DNA of 64,000 nucleotides from Naegleria gruberi (GCA_000004985.1 GG738847.1); one strand, 5' to 3'; shown: positions 22,495 through 34,563, counted from the stretch's first letter. Program-made: numbers and translations. The notes: generated from the sequence alone by a model not told the origin.

Positions 22495-24087
22495 TTATTT
22501 CCAGTGATAGAAAGAAATGTCGGTCAATTGATTTTGTTTGCATTTTTCGAATAATGGTTTACAATGTGAAATTAAAGAGTGAGTCAACCGAGGTGATTTT
22601 TCAATTCCAAAAATAACTCCATGATTTGTTCGTTTGATTATCAGCTCTCTATCCTGATATGAAGTAGAATTCAATTCCTGCAATGGAAATCCAATATCAA
22701 TCAAGTTGAATTTTAGAAAGGCAATCGAATACATTTTCTTATTAGAAATATAAAGTGAATAATCTTGCAATAGAAAACAAATGTGTGTGGAACCATTTCC
22801 ATCTATATCTATACATGATGGTAATGAATTGGTATCGAGTGGTGATTTTCTTTTTCTTTTGGTTGTTCTTGGAATTAATCCTAATATAGAGTGCACATTC
22901 AAATTTGTAAATTCTATTCCATTTTTAGATTTTAAGAATTGAAACTTGACTGAATAGGCTCCTTCCTTGAATATCCACTCATTAGCAATGGTTTGAATTA
23001 ATAACGTTCCACCTTCCAAAAATTTTATATTTTTAATCTTGTTTTTAATTGATTTAATTTTTGTAAATATTAAATTATTTCCTTTATGGGAAATTGTTGC
23101 TAAACTTTTATCTTCCATAATGCAATACAATAGTACTTTAAATGATTCACAGTTAAATATCTTTTTAAATTTTAAATTTGTTTTAAATTCCAAAAATTTT
23201 CTATCAATTTCATAAAATAATCTTCCAAAATTAGTAATAATAAATTTACAAAAATCTGCCTTATATACTAGACAAATGTCATCAATATACTCATTTTCCA
23301 ATAGAAATCCTCTCAAAACAGAATCAGTATCACCCAAATTAGATGCAACAATCGCTGCATGATTATTAAAATCGTACAAGCAAACAACATGAGAATGTTT
23401 TGCAAAATAGCAAAAATTATTCAATTCAGAAATTGGCAATTGTTCATTTCTCATTAAAATGTCATATCTTTCCTGACTGTACTTGTGAGTATGTTTCACT
23501 GGGCATTCATATATAATTCCATTTTTGGAAGATATTTTGCATTCGAGTAAATTGTTTTTCAGTGTATGAATCGAATTTTGCTCAATGTTGAAATATTTCC
23601 AAACATTTCCGTGTAAATAATTGATGTTATTCAATTCCAATTGATTAATTCCATTTATATTCACATAATATACTTGGTCGACATATCTATTCAAGGAAAT
23701 GTATGAATTGCTATCATACAAATCAGAGAATATATCCTTTTTAAAATTAATTGCACATTTTTCAATACCATTTCCCAATAATTCTTTGCCATTTCCTAAA
23801 AAGGCAGTATTTAAAGTATTACAATCTTGTTGTTTCCTTACAAATTCTGAATAATCATACAATGGCAATACAACCTCATCATTTTCATCAATTTCAGATA
23901 GTGAACAAACATTATTCTCATCATCAATCGTTTGTTCATTTCCATTTCCATCCAACAATATTGAAATTAATTTTTCACTATTTTTACAATTATTTAAAAA
24001 ATTATTTGCAAAATTCTTCTTCCGATCATTAATTGTCGATTGATGAAGAATAAACGAAGAATTGTTGGAGGGAAGTGGAATGAGCAT
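22495..24087 (-). CDS. hypothetical protein (530 aa)
   Basis: Long uninterrupted ORF with an ATG start and a basic KRKRK patch. No recognised domain. Confidence 0.65.
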   Translation of the reverse strand: MLIPLPSNNSSFILHQSTINDRKKNFANNFLNNCKNSEKLISILLDGNGNEQTIDDENNVCSLSEIDENDEVVLPLYDYSEFVRKQQDCNTLNTAFLGNGKELLGNGIEKCAINFKKDIFSDLYDSNSYISLNRYVDQVYYVNINGINQLELNNINYLHGNVWKYFNIEQNSIHTLKNNLLECKISSKNGIIYECPVKHTHKYSQERYDILMRNEQLPISELNNFCYFAKHSHVVCLYDFNNHAAIVASNLGDTDSVLRGFLLENEYIDDICLVYKADFCKFIITNFGRLFYEIDRKFLEFKTNLKFKKIFNCESFKVLLYCIMEDKSLATISHKGNNLIFTKIKSIKNKIKNIKFLEGGTLLIQTIANEWIFKEGAYSVKFQFLKSKNGIEFTNLNVHSILGLIPRTTKRKRKSPLDTNSLPSCIDIDGNGSTHICFLLQDYSLYISNKKMYSIAFLKFNLIDIGFPLQELNSTSYQDRELIIKRTNHGVIFGIEKSPRLTHSLISHCKPLFEKCKQNQLTDISFYHWK

Positions 24088-24720
24088 TTTTTTTTGTTAA
24101 TTTCAAATTTGAAAGTTCAGTTTTTAAAAACAGTTAGAAACCTACTGTTTTATTAAAGAGTCATGAAAATAAAGTGGGTGGAAAGTGATTGAGAAGAAAC
24201 TGTAGTTACAATTCTAGTTATTGTAAACTAGACGAATCGAATAGGAAACGGAAAAATCTTTTGTGGTAACCACATCAAAGTCAACAAAAGATTCTTTTCT
24301 CTCATTATTTCACCTCCTCTCGTTCTTTTAAAAAGTAAAATTGAACTCCAACATCAACTATGCTACTTTCTCCAAAACTAAACCTTTCCAATAAGTTCAA
24401 GCTATACGAATACACTATCCAATTAACACATTTAACAAATCTTTCACACAACTAATCGTGTTAAATTAATGTATTCATCATCCACGAATGCCAAACATCA
24501 ACATTGGATTCTTCCAAGGATTCTTTCGTATAATTTTTTTTGATACGGAACTTGTCTTTAATAATTTCTTGGGCAACTTGGCTAAGAATCCTCACAATAT
24601 TTTTGTAATCCAAAGAATCCTTGAAACCCCGACCAAGAATCTTCTTGCCAGCCTATTTCACCACCTTTCGAATAACACTTTTCACATTACTTTTAACACA
24701 AAAAAAACATTCGAAACTAA

Positions 24721-24982
24721 CATGCCTCTCCCATATAACTTTAAACTCCAAAGAACTGCTGTCTTACCACTCAAGCAAGCTGGTTTGTTCGGTCTTTCAT
24801 GTTTCTTCTCCTTGGCTGTCATTACAACTGTCAAGAACGCAATTGGTCAACCAGAAACTTTGAAGAATTTGAATGAAGAAAACATTCTTTATTGTAGACC
24901 TTTGGAAGAAAAGAGAGATATCTACTTTTTCAATTGGGCTCCATTGACTGGTGAAGCTGCTGGTAGACCAAAGAGAGATTAA
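24721..24982 (+). CDS. small single-TM protein (~87 aa) with high-expression codon usage
   Basis: ATG ORF MPLPYNFKLQRTAVLPLKQAGLFGLSCFFSLAVITTVKN... has one TM helix. Its codons come from the GC3-rich preferred set (aag, ttg, ggt, gct, aga), also seen in profilin and TrpRS here. Confidence 0.45.
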
Positions 24983-25517
24983 ATTGGTTTCTTATAGTTT
25001 TTATGAGAAACATTTTTGACGAGATACATTCGATTATTGGTTTATTTTACCTTTCTAACCACACACAAATAATAAACATTTAACACTAAGATTTTTTTGC
25101 AACTTGGAATATCATTGCTTTTAATCGTTTCGTTTTTATGGATTAAAGTGTGTGCTCAAGAGTTTCCAATAGTAGTCAGTTTTCTATCATCTTTACTATT
25201 TCTCGTAGTATCTTTCTCTATGAATTTCTCGAGAATTTCGTATAGTTCTTTTGCGATACAATCATATGGTACACAAGTTGGAAGACAAGATTCATGCCCT
25301 GTTGAGAATGTGGTACTTCAAGAGCTTGTTTTAAAGCAAACACAATCCAGAGAAACAATTGTTCATGAACGACTCCAAACCCTCCATTCGAATATGTCAT
25401 ATTAGTATTTCTAAGATTTGCATGAGAATCCAAATAATTTTTCAGAAGCAAAATTTTTAGTTTTTGGATGAAAAATAGATCGAACTTTAAAACACATTTT
25501 AAAATTTTCAAAAAAAA

Positions 25518-26693
25518 ATGAACAACACCCCAAGTGCTTCTTCATCATCCAACAACAACAACAACAAGAGAACATACTTTGACTTTTTAGATGAAGATTT
25601 TTATCACCTTTTCAATGATGAATCAATATTTGAAGACAGTGTTTTTGAAAGTGGTGCATTTCTCAATTTTACAGAACATGAAAATATACAGAGACAGATA
25701 GAGAATCAGGTTGTTTGTCCAAAGAAGATTCGTACAGTGTATGATTTGACTACTTCTCCTACAATTAGTCCAAGTGAAATGGTTTCGTCTGCTGATCGAT
25801 CTGAAAAGAGAATTATCCAACGAGTCGAAATTGAAGGATTGAATGAAAATTGTTGGTCTAACATTGTGTCATTCATTGGAAAGGAAGAATTTCTTTGGTT
25901 TAAACCATATTTGATCAATAGAGATGTCTATGAAAAGATATTCGAAAGTGAATCATTTTGGGAAGCTTTCTTCCAATCGACATGGAAAGGAGATGAACAA
26001 GTTGGTAAATGCTATGATTGGCTCTATAAGAGAGGATATTGTCTGAGAAAATTTCACTCATTCCAAACTCATAATTCCTTAAATATTCACATCTTGACAG
26101 GTCATTCACATGATAACGTTAAATACCTGTCACAAGTATATAGTGACATGTCCAGTTCGTGTTTCATCACAAAAAGTAATTCACATAACGGACAATCTTT
26201 CCACATTCAATGTCCTAATGGATGGTTAAGTGATGTCAATTGGCTTGTTGACATTTTCCTGAAAGAGAAACCAATTCATCTTTTTCTCAAATTGGAAATC
26301 AAATCCTTCTCGTCCTTTTTGTCACGTGATTTGAGTGTAGAAGCAATTCTTCCATCTGCCACTAATCAACCAATCAAAATATTTGGAAAAGATGCCATTA
26401 TCAAGAATGGTATTAGGAAATTATTTAAGGAATTGAATTTGGATGAGGAGAAGAATTTACCAAATGATGAAACTGAATTGGATTTGAGATTTTCAAATTT
26501 GAAATTTGGTCAATTGATGCAAGATAGATATTTCATTTGGTTTTGTAATTCAATTCTGAGTTGGATTCCATTTCCTATTGAGGATGTCTATGGAGTTTCT
26601 GATTATTCTGATCATTTGTGTTTCAGTGTAAATGATGCAAGAAATGAAAAAATTGAAAGATATTTCGAATTGAAGAAGGAACTTGGTTTCTAA
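25518..26693 (+). CDS. hypothetical protein (391 aa)
   Basis: Long ORF with an ATG start. Poly-N/S N-terminus. No recognised domain. Confidence 0.6.
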   Translation: MNNTPSASSSSNNNNNKRTYFDFLDEDFYHLFNDESIFEDSVFESGAFLNFTEHENIQRQIENQVVCPKKIRTVYDLTTSPTISPSEMVSSADRSEKRIIQRVEIEGLNENCWSNIVSFIGKEEFLWFKPYLINRDVYEKIFESESFWEAFFQSTWKGDEQVGKCYDWLYKRGYCLRKFHSFQTHNSLNIHILTGHSHDNVKYLSQVYSDMSSSCFITKSNSHNGQSFHIQCPNGWLSDVNWLVDIFLKEKPIHLFLKLEIKSFSSFLSRDLSVEAILPSATNQPIKIFGKDAIIKNGIRKLFKELNLDEEKNLPNDETELDLRFSNLKFGQLMQDRYFIWFCNSILSWIPFPIEDVYGVSDYSDHLCFSVNDARNEKIERYFELKKELGF

Positions 26694-26811
26694 TAGTATG
26701 ATAGATGGCCAGTTGGTTAAATTGGTTAAATTATGTAAATAGTCTAATATTAAATATATCATGTAAATATCTCTGTATCAAATTGTTGAAATTATTAATG
26801 AAATTCCAAGT

Positions 26812-27219
26812 TTAGTTTTGATTATTTTGATTTAATTTTTCCTGATCTCTTTTCAATGCCAATTCATATCTTTCTCTAAAATCAACAATATGTTGTTCGG
26901 TTGGTTTCTTTAATTTCTTCATAATTTTCTCCAAATCATCACTTGATGGCAATAGAGGAAGTGTCAAAGCTGTCAATTGTTTAGTAATTGGAAGATTTGA
27001 TGGTGGAGGAGGAGGAACACTTCCTGGAGATGTGATGAATGTTGTACATTCCGATGAAGGTGATGGTAAATCAACTTGTTCATATTCAAATATTTTCAAG
27101 TCATCACTAAAAGAAACAGTTTTGATTATTGACATTTTTTTCAACTTGGAACTTAATACCGAATCAAATAACAAAGTGTTGAACAAGACGTTAGGCCTAT
27201 TTTTAAATAAGTTCCACAT
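26812..27219 (-). CDS. hypothetical protein with a KxVxF (PP1-docking-like) motif and a proline-rich segment
   Basis: 135-aa ORF. It contains KTVSF, which matches an RVxF-type motif, and a PPPPP tract. This is weak evidence. Confidence 0.4.
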   Translation of the reverse strand: MWNLFKNRPNVLFNTLLFDSVLSSKLKKMSIIKTVSFSDDLKIFEYEQVDLPSPSSECTTFITSPGSVPPPPPSNLPITKQLTALTLPLLPSSDDLEKIMKKLKKPTEQHIVDFRERYELALKRDQEKLNQNNQN

Positions 27220-27281
27220 TCACCCAGTTTCGAATAGTTTTTTGATAATCTCTTTACAATTTTACAATTCAATTAAAAAAA

Positions 27282-29200
27282 ATGTTCATAGGTCAGTCCA
27301 CAGAAAGTTCATCATCGTTGAAAATATCATGTCATACTCTACCACAAAATAATCCACACAAATTATTATTGCAAAGAAGAGGGGTAGGTTTAGTTTACTT
27401 TCGAATATTAAACAATTCAATTTCCCACAGCATAGCACAGTGTTATTCAAAGAAAGATATTTAATTGTATTCGGAGGATGTGATATGAGAGGTAATTTCC
27501 TCTCTGATATTCTTCGTTTTGATTTATTGACATGTCAATGGTCAGAAATTAGTTCTTTTGGTGACATGCCATGTGGAAGATATGGACATTCTGCATGTAT
27601 CCACAATGATTACCTAATGTACATCTATGGTGGTTATTACAGAAACAAAACTAATGAATTGTCTTGTCTGAATTTGGAAACTGGTGAGTGGAAAGTTGTC
27701 GAATGTAGGGGAAACCAAATTCCTCCTGGAACAGATGGTCAATCGATGATTATTTACAATAATCAGTTGATAATATTTGGAGGAAGAAAGAAGAGTTGGA
27801 TTTCTATTAATTTAGTTCATGTTTTGGATTTGGAAACGTTGGAATGGAGAAGAGTGGAAATTACTGATCTTTCGAATGTTCCATGTCCTAGAACCGATCA
27901 TTGTGATGTATTCCATGATGGAAAGTTGTATATTCAAGGAGGATATGATGATGGAGGTCAATTCTTGGGAAGAAGAAATGATTTGTATGTATTTGATGTA
28001 AAAACCGAAACTTGGACTCAATTGACTGGCCAATGTAATGGTTTACCACCTCCAGAAATGTCCACTCATAGAGCAGAATGCTTGGAATTGAATGGGAAAC
28101 ATTACATGATCATGGTGGCAGGTTGGGATAATTACAAGAGACACAGGAATGAAATTTATGGATTGGAATTGGAAACTCTGACATGGATTCATTTTCCATC
28201 CATTAACCCTAATATTTTCCATGAGAGAAGACATTTTGGAATGGTAAAATTGTCATCCTCAATTCAATCTGAGTATTTCAGAGGAAATGATTTGATTGTT
28301 TATGGTGGTTGTACTGATACCTGCATGTTGAATGATGTTTGTGTATTGAGATTGAGCGATTCGTCTGTTAATGAGGATGAATTGGTGGAAGTGTCGTCTA
28401 TCTCTGAATTTGATAATGGAAAAACTGAAGAATTGTGGAAATTATTAATGAATGAACATTCGAATTGTTTCGAACGAATTCTTGAATTTGGAAATTGTTA
28501 TGACTTGTTGGATTGGAGTCTTGTGAACAAGAAACAATGGAATTCATCAATATCTAACAATAATTTACTAAAGAAAGCAGTAATTCAATACTGGAATTAC
28601 AGAAATAGACATCTCATTGACGGGAATGCCAAGATTTTGAAATTACTTCCAAAAGAAGCAACACTCAAAATATTACAAGAAGATGACGATAATATTTCAA
28701 TCACAACTGTGAAGAACTTGATACACCAACTCACTGACACATTTTTTTTTGCAGATCCTTATGAAAATATTGCCTGGACTTCCTTTCCAAAAATTAATTC
28801 CTTATTAGGTATTGCCAAGCTCAATTTCTCAAAAATTGAATCACAACTTGATAATAATTTTTCATTCTACATGGCCCTCCACTCTACCTGTTTCGACGAG
28901 TATCCCATCATAACCTCAATCATTTCTACCTCTCGAAAAACAATCAAATCTCCACGAGAAACTTTCATCCTTTTTGATCCATACATTGGCTCTCTAATCT
29001 TTACAGAAAAAGTGCAAACCAAGATGCTTAATGATTTCAAGCGATTGCTAACGACCACAATCTCACCTTCGATAACGATTCCACTCATTGATTCTCAATT
29101 ATCTGACACACCATTATCAAACTCCCAAAATGGAAGTATACTTGAGGACATTCTATCGGTACTATTAAGAAATGCCTCAATCCAAAAAGACAAACGATAG
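27282..29200 (+). CDS. Kelch-repeat beta-propeller protein, 2 exons
   Basis: Exon 1 (27282..27383) joins exon 2 (27431..29200) through a GTAGGT...CCCACAG intron in phase 0. Repeated Kelch blades (FGG...R.GH...YIYGG...W) are followed by an unrecognised ~270-aa C-terminal region. Confidence 0.8.
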
Positions 29201-29317
29201 TGACGCACTATTACATTGAAAATTAAATAAGCGCAATAAATTTTAATATCCGCCCACATGTCCAACAAGTCCGAAAGCCAAGTCCTCGCTTGAATTTTGT
29301 TCAAAACCTTAAAAAAA

Positions 29318-31162
29318 ATGAAAAAACGACAAGTTAGAGATTTCTTCACGGTGCATGATTCGAAAAAGTTGAAACTCTGTGATTCTGGAACATTGGTTGA
29401 TTCGGATGATCATGATCACGTTGATAATGATGATGATGATGGGAAGATGCATCTGACGACATGTGATGATCGCGATGAAAATATTTCATCTGATGATTTT
29501 ATTCTTCCTATTGAAATTAAATTATATATTTTGGAATTTATTCAATTTCCATTGGCTAGGTATACTTCCCTGTCGGAGGCTGGTTTTTGGAAGGAATTGA
29601 GAAAGATTACTGAGGTTAGAAATGTAAATTTGAATACAGGATGGAAAATTGCTAGAAAGATTGTTAGAGATCGAATGATCAAGGCGATGTTTGGTTATTT
29701 TGTTGGGAAGGTGACAAACTTGGTGAAGGAACGAGAAGTTCATCAACTGTATAAGCATGTAAATTATGAATACGTTGGAATTTGGGGACAAGATGAATTT
29801 TATTCGAATTTGAGGTTTAGAGACTTGAAATCGATTGAATTTTCAAATGATTATTCGTTTGCTTGTAAATTTGATTACTGGAGCTATATGCCAAACTTGG
29901 AATCGATCATTGGGTTGAATATTGAACTAGAGGGACATGAAGAAAAGTTCATTAATAATGTAAATAGAGACAAATTGACGAGTATTTCTTTTGCTAATGC
30001 TAAAGGAAAATTAATTAATGACGGAAAGAGATTCTTTCAAAGTTTACCAAATCTAACTAGGTTGAAAGTGTCTCCTGCCTACGCTTCAGATATTATGGGT
30101 TTGGAAAAGTTGAAACATCTCACATTTACTGAAGGAACAATGGGATTTGATAATTTACGATCCATAATTGAGAAAAGTGAGAATTTAGAAACTATTGATG
30201 TGAGCCAACTGAAACTAATTGCATCTCCAGACCGAGTTTTTACCAGTCCAAAGAAAAAAATCAATCTGAAAAGTATTCATGCAACCAAACATGGATTTAC
30301 ACATCGAGTCTTTACGAATCTTATCAGGAGTGTTAACTTTTTGCCAAATTTAACAGATTTACGAATTGGAATTGCACAAACTGAGTTGTTTGTAATGGAA
30401 AACTTTACTAACTATTGCCGAGAGTACTCTAATATAGAACACATCTCACTCAAAGGATTTGAATTCACTGCTGAGTGTTTTAGTGAAATGCAAAATTTAA
30501 AGAAATTGAAAAGTATTCGGGATGCTACATTGAGAAGTTGTGAGGAATTGGCAAATATTCCATCACTCAAAATACTAACAATTGATCCAAAATGTAATCA
30601 CTCAATAGATTTCTCTCCACTGCACCAATTAGAAGGGCTCTCTACAGTAGCTTCACTTTCACTTTTAAGAAATTTCAAAGATTCTAACTTTCTTCCACGT
30701 TTAGGAAAACTTTCTTTGGAAATTCAAAACGAATTGGCAATGGATTCTATTTCTAACGAATTTCTAACTTTGGGAACTTTTAGACCTCATCTGATTATCC
30801 ATCTTTCAATTGCACCTTTAATTTCTGAAGATAATTACCACAACATTTTGTCATGTCCATTAATTGAAAATTTACATGTCAAATGTAATCAAATTCCCGA
30901 ATCAATTCAATTTAATACTACTTTGAAAAAGCTAACCCAACACGTCAACTCTCTTTTCATTATACCTGACCACTTGGCATCCAATCAAACTATTGAGGAA
31001 ATTAGAATTTATGGAATGGATCCAAATTTTATGATTTCAAGTTCACAAGAATTATTTGATTTTGTGGAAAAATCAAAAGCTACTTATATTTCATTTGTGG
31101 ATCCAGATAGAGTTGGATTTATTGATAAGGGAGAACATGATCCAGATGTTTTGCTTTGGTAA
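29318..31162 (+). CDS. F-box-like / leucine-rich-repeat protein
   Basis: F-box-like segment (LPIEIKLYILEFIQFPLARY) followed by irregular LRRs (LPNLTRLKVS..., LEKLKHLTF...). Re-anchored to ATG 29318. Confidence 0.65.
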   Translation: MKKRQVRDFFTVHDSKKLKLCDSGTLVDSDDHDHVDNDDDDGKMHLTTCDDRDENISSDDFILPIEIKLYILEFIQFPLARYTSLSEAGFWKELRKITEVRNVNLNTGWKIARKIVRDRMIKAMFGYFVGKVTNLVKEREVHQLYKHVNYEYVGIWGQDEFYSNLRFRDLKSIEFSNDYSFACKFDYWSYMPNLESIIGLNIELEGHEEKFINNVNRDKLTSISFANAKGKLINDGKRFFQSLPNLTRLKVSPAYASDIMGLEKLKHLTFTEGTMGFDNLRSIIEKSENLETIDVSQLKLIASPDRVFTSPKKKINLKSIHATKHGFTHRVFTNLIRSVNFLPNLTDLRIGIAQTELFVMENFTNYCREYSNIEHISLKGFEFTAECFSEMQNLKKLKSIRDATLRSCEELANIPSLKILTIDPKCNHSIDFSPLHQLEGLSTVASLSLLRNFKDSNFLPRLGKLSLEIQNELAMDSISNEFLTLGTFRPHLIIHLSIAPLISEDNYHNILSCPLIENLHVKCNQIPESIQFNTTLKKLTQHVNSLFIIPDHLASNQTIEEIRIYGMDPNFMISSSQELFDFVEKSKATYISFVDPDRVGFIDKGEHDPDVLLW

Positions 31163-31198
31163 TATTTGAACTGTCAAGCATCAAAGAAATTAAAAAAA

Positions 31199-32395
31199 AT
31201 GTCAAGATGCCCGCAACTACATTCTATTTCCATTATTTGTTTAGTATTGTTGTTGGTTAATCAAGCCTTGTCAAGTTACATTGCTCCGAAAACTTGTTCA
31301 TCATCAACTTCATCAGATTCGTATAAATATTGTGGACGAATTTCAATAACGGAATTAGAAACTAACTTTATCTACTCACAAGTAACAACATTTCCAACAG
31401 ATTTTATATCTGCCAAACCAAATACATGCCTCTCTATCACTCCTTCTAACTTTACCCTTGATGAACAATATCCAAATCATCAAATTATTGGAAACCCTTT
31501 CTTTTCTATCGGAAAGTATTTTAACACAACTTGGTGTACATGTCGATGGAAAAACACAACCTCCATCATTTCTACACGGAGGGAAATATGTGCCACCAAT
31601 CAAGATTCCAAAATATTTTACATTATTTCAGATTCGTATAATGTTGACAAGACGAAAGGATTTATTTTGGTGGATGACATTGTGAATGAAAATTATTTTG
31701 CAAATAATACAATTTTAATGCCAACTGCTTATGATGATAGTGTATTTATTGTAAAAGGACCTAATTTTGCATTGACAAGTTGGAAAAATGGAATTATTGG
31801 AACAGTTTCGAATAATCATCCAAAACTTTTAACAGATACTTCATTTCAATTTCAAATTAGTTCTGTGGGAAGTGGAGATAAGAATGGAATAGGAATCACT
31901 CTGAAAAATCTTTATTCCAATGATTGTGTAACTGCCTCCATTGATCCATTCACATCGGGAATTAAACTCCGAATGCAAACTTGCTCTGGAGTTACAACTT
32001 TGAAGAGGGCATCTCAGAAAGGAGATGATATTGCAAAAATTTATGCAAAACAAAAGTTTTTCTGGACTGGAAAGTTGTTATTTTCATCAGTAATTGCCAA
32101 TTCTTGTTCTGGTCAATTGGAAGCTATTGCAGTGACTAGCACAGTATTTGGATCACCTCATTTTCAATGGAAAGGAGTTCAATTTTTGACACTGAATAGT
32201 TTGAATGAAAGTAATGTGGAAAAGTTTTATTCAACAGCTTGTCTGTACGATCAGGACACTACCCTTCAAAACCAACTTGTTGACAATGATTTAGTGAGAT
32301 TTTCCTCAGCTGTGCTATTGAATCATTCGTCCAGAGTGTTAACTAATGGATTATTACTGATATTGGTATTGTTCATTGGATGCATTGTTTGTTAA
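31199..32395 (+). CDS. secreted / probably GPI-anchored surface protein
   Basis: N-terminal signal peptide (MSRCPQLHSISIICLVLLLVNQALS), Cys- and N-glyc-site-rich body, and a C-terminal hydrophobic tail (LLLILVLFIGCIVC) typical of a GPI signal. Confidence 0.6.
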   Translation: MSRCPQLHSISIICLVLLLVNQALSSYIAPKTCSSSTSSDSYKYCGRISITELETNFIYSQVTTFPTDFISAKPNTCLSITPSNFTLDEQYPNHQIIGNPFFSIGKYFNTTWCTCRWKNTTSIISTRREICATNQDSKIFYIISDSYNVDKTKGFILVDDIVNENYFANNTILMPTAYDDSVFIVKGPNFALTSWKNGIIGTVSNNHPKLLTDTSFQFQISSVGSGDKNGIGITLKNLYSNDCVTASIDPFTSGIKLRMQTCSGVTTLKRASQKGDDIAKIYAKQKFFWTGKLLFSSVIANSCSGQLEAIAVTSTVFGSPHFQWKGVQFLTLNSLNESNVEKFYSTACLYDQDTTLQNQLVDNDLVRFSSAVLLNHSSRVLTNGLLLILVLFIGCIVC

Positions 32396-32455
32396 TATTT
32401 CAGTTTTTCTCAATAATTATTATTATTCTATTGAAATAGAGTTTGAAACATGTAA

Positions 32456-34563
32456 TTACTCTTCTGATGGTGTGGATGGACTTGAGGAATTTTCCTTCTT
32501 TTTTGTTGTAACATTCTTGAGTTTGGTTCCACCTTCTTTCAATAAATTTCCTCCTTGCTTTAATTTGTTCAAACCACCAACACCTCCTTCCTTAAGCAAG
32601 TTTCCACCTTGTTTCAACTTGTTTAGTCCACCTGCTCCTCCAGCTTTCATGAGATTCATTCCTCCCTTACCTCCTTGTTTCAATTTGTTCAAACCACCAA
32701 CTCCTCCCTCTTTCAATAAGTTTCCTCCTTGTTTCAGTTTGTTTAGTCCACCAACACCTCCAGCTCTCATCAAGTGAATTCCACCTTTACCTCCCTTTTT
32801 GAGAATATTGAAACCTTGAGTCATATTTTGCTTTTGCTTATTCATCATGTTACCAATTTGTTTCATGGCTGCCTTTTCCTGTAAATCCTTAAATTCCAAA
32901 AATGTTTTCTTTTGGGCTTTCTTGAAATTTGAAAGAAGTGATTCTTGAATGGATTTGGCCACGAAACCAAGTAAGATACCCAACAATCCAAGACCAATCA
33001 AGACAAAGAAACCAAATGTAATCTTACCATTGGTTGTCTTTGGGTAAAAATCTCCATATCCAATTGTACTCAGAGTTACAAATCTTTTCATAAAATCATT
33101 ACCAAGTATAATTACATATGATTGTAAATAAATTTTCTCCTAAATATTGAAAAAACCTACGAATAATAGAATGCATCATAAAACTCCCAATTTTCCAAAT
33201 AACTAAACAATGCAGCAGCTCCCACAACATATCCTCCCAACAGTAAAATCATGTTAATAATCTGAGTAGCACCTCTATTAAAGAATGAAAACATTTTCTT
33301 TTCCAATGGTGTTAGCTCTGGATTTTTCATATTTGCCTTAATTCTCATCACTTCTTCCAAATCTCGATTTTTAGCTGTTTTGAATGTAATTACAATGGAT
33401 CTCTTAATGTAGAGCATGACTACAAATATTCCAGTACCGAAAGAGTTCATAATGGCACCTCCTACGAATGAAATCCACATACCCATGAGGGATATTCCTA
33501 GAAATCCAAAAAAGACAACCCACAGTTTACCTCCAATAGTAGTTGGTGACATATCTCCGTATCCAATGGTTGATAAGGTAACAATCATGAAATAGACACT
33601 GTTTCCATATGTCCATTTAGGATTAAATGGATCAATAGTGACATTGGCATTTCCTGTCGAATTATCAAATGAATATTCATCTAATGTTGAATTCAATAGA
33701 TTTTCCTTATATGCCAAATAATTCTTATATTCAACATCTTGTTCAATGAACATGACAGCCATAGCACCCAATGCAATGACAGCCATGATTAAGGCAAAGG
33801 AAATTAGCAATTTCAAAATATCTTTTGCAAAATCTTTCAGTGATGGCTTTTGAATATATTCCTTTGAAATGTCACCCATCAATTTATCTGAAAATCCATT
33901 CAATAATTTCATAAATTTCTTTTCCTTGACTTCATCTGCATCAGAATCCAATTCTGATTGAGTATTATCAAGTGTAGGAGCTTCCTCTTCATTGGAAACT
34001 GTTCCAGAGTTGACCAAATCGACTATTACATGTTCTCCCATGAGGTGTTCTTGAGATACTTGTGGAAATTCTCCTTGTTTCTCATCGTTATGACCTATTT
34101 CTCCTGTAAATTGTACATCTTGCTCATTATCCATCACATCCTGATCTAGTTCCGCAAGTGCCAACTCACTAACTCGTTGCTCATGCTCTACACCATTCAT
34201 AAACATGACAAATTCACTATATCCATCAATAAACTCAAACAATCGATCACAAATTCTCAATTTCCTCCTCTCTGCATCATCGCCAAAGTACAATTCCACA
34301 TAGTGTTGAATCATATTTTCAATATTTCCCGAACTTGTTGAATTGCCAAATAACTGATGAATGACATCCCATGAAACGCTCTTCAACGATGAAGGAGATG
34401 CCATTGGTGATACTGCTTCTATCCTTCCTTCATCATTCTCATCATTTTCTAAAGATAATGGTGGTGCTTCAATATAGAAATTACCAGAAAAGTCAACGGA
34501 ATCGTGTTCTCTTCCACACAATACACAAAAACATTCTCTATTCACTGTTTCCAACACTCTCAA
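32456..34563 (-). CDS. two-pore-domain K+ channel (4TM/2P) with C-terminal Gly/Lys-rich tandem repeats, 2 exons
   Basis: Two selectivity filters, TLSTIGYGD in exon 1 and TLSTIGYGD in exon 2, are each flanked by TM helices. A GTAGGT...GAAAAG intron (33084..33160) is in phase 2. The tail holds about six copies of an 18-22-aa repeat (GG.GGLNKLKQGGNLLKEGG) encoded by ~57-63-nt DNA repeats. The 5' end is uncertain because the ATG-initiated upstream ORF hits an in-frame TAA. Confidence 0.8.
32520..32790. repeat. tandem ~57-63-nt coding repeat (K+ channel tail)
   Basis: Directly visible periodicity: ccacc(t/a)cctt...aagtttcc(t/a)ccttg(c/t)tt(t/c)aa(c/t)ttgtt... The opposite-strand ORF 32376..32777 (PP.PP..FNKFPPCFNLF) is its antisense shadow. 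Confidence 0.8.

Noticed and set aside
25097-25511. ORFs 25097..25405 (+) and 25218..25511 (-)
   Set aside because: They are mutually overlapping, hydrophobic low-complexity ORFs in an intergenic stretch with no start context. They could not be distinguished from chance ORFs.
32376-32777. Plus-strand proline-rich ORF (PPxPPSFNKFPPCFNLF repeats)
   Set aside because: It is the antisense reading of the K+ channel Gly/Lys repeat (GGxGGLNKLKQGG), so it is periodic by construction.
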